Of a stretch of DNA of 64,000 bases, positions 63,631-64,000 are shown piece after piece; the stretch's first letter is position 1; each line of letters begins with the position of its first letter. The translations under genes and the position numbers were made by a program. Source of the DNA: Octopus bimaculoides (lineage: Eukaryota); assembly GCF_001194135.2 (NCBI RefSeq), contig NC_068994.1, forward strand, positions 46,945,231 to 47,009,230. The letters are read 5' to 3'. The notes beneath the pieces are model-generated. The model saw only the letters and a program-made list of their open reading frames with translations, did not search any database and was not told where the DNA came from.

Positions 63631-63764
63631 AGCTAAAAAGGAAGGGAAAATGGTCTGAGAAGCCAATTATTTCTGTATTAAATATTTAATAACTTTGTGA
63701 ATCTTCACAATTTTTCAGTGTGGCTCTCTTCTGCACTTCAATACATATGGAATACTATTTGTCT

Positions 63765-63812
<48 letters not shown>

Positions 63813-64000
63813 TTGATCAAAAAGTATTAGATAGATAGATAGATAGATAAATAGATAGAGAGGGGGGGAGATGGAGGACAGAAGGATGGACAATGGACAG
63901 CTAGTTTTTTTTATAGGATATTTTGGATTGTAATTAAGGATTTTTTCTTGTACAGGGAAAGGCAGTTTACTTCTAAGACTTTTTAAGGGCTATTTACTAT

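Noticed and set aside
1-64000. CRISPR arrays, operons or prokaryotic defence systems
   Set aside because: No regularly spaced direct repeats with unique spacers and no gene-dense coding DNA; the sequence is eukaryotic.

Overview
AT-rich, microsatellite-dense animal DNA with nine N gaps. The repeat landscape looks like a coleoid cephalopod, probably Octopus (inferred, not database-checked). No complete protein-coding gene, rRNA, true tRNA or CRISPR array is visible, and most ORF-track entries are microsatellite, gap or SINE artefacts. The window is mostly interspersed repeats: several tRNA-headed SINE families (working labels A, B, D, F), a (GAT)n-tailed element with an RTE-like 3' end (C), decayed RTE LINE ORF2 fragments from two lineages, a Helitron helicase fragment, and mariner-, hAT- and piggyBac-like MITEs. 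A few isolated candidate exons suggest this is intronic or promoter-flanking DNA of large gene(s). The most notable structure is a 526-bp fold-back at 40991-41516, bounded by a 17-bp target-site duplication (TSD). It consists of two head-to-head tRNA-like Pol III units, each ending in a Penelope-type minimal hammerhead ribozyme. Three more unrelated hammerhead relics, a 99%-identical duplicated promoter-like module and several long hairpins or inverted repeats are also present. Repeat boundaries are approximate (about 10-20 bp) unless a TIR or TSD is quoted.
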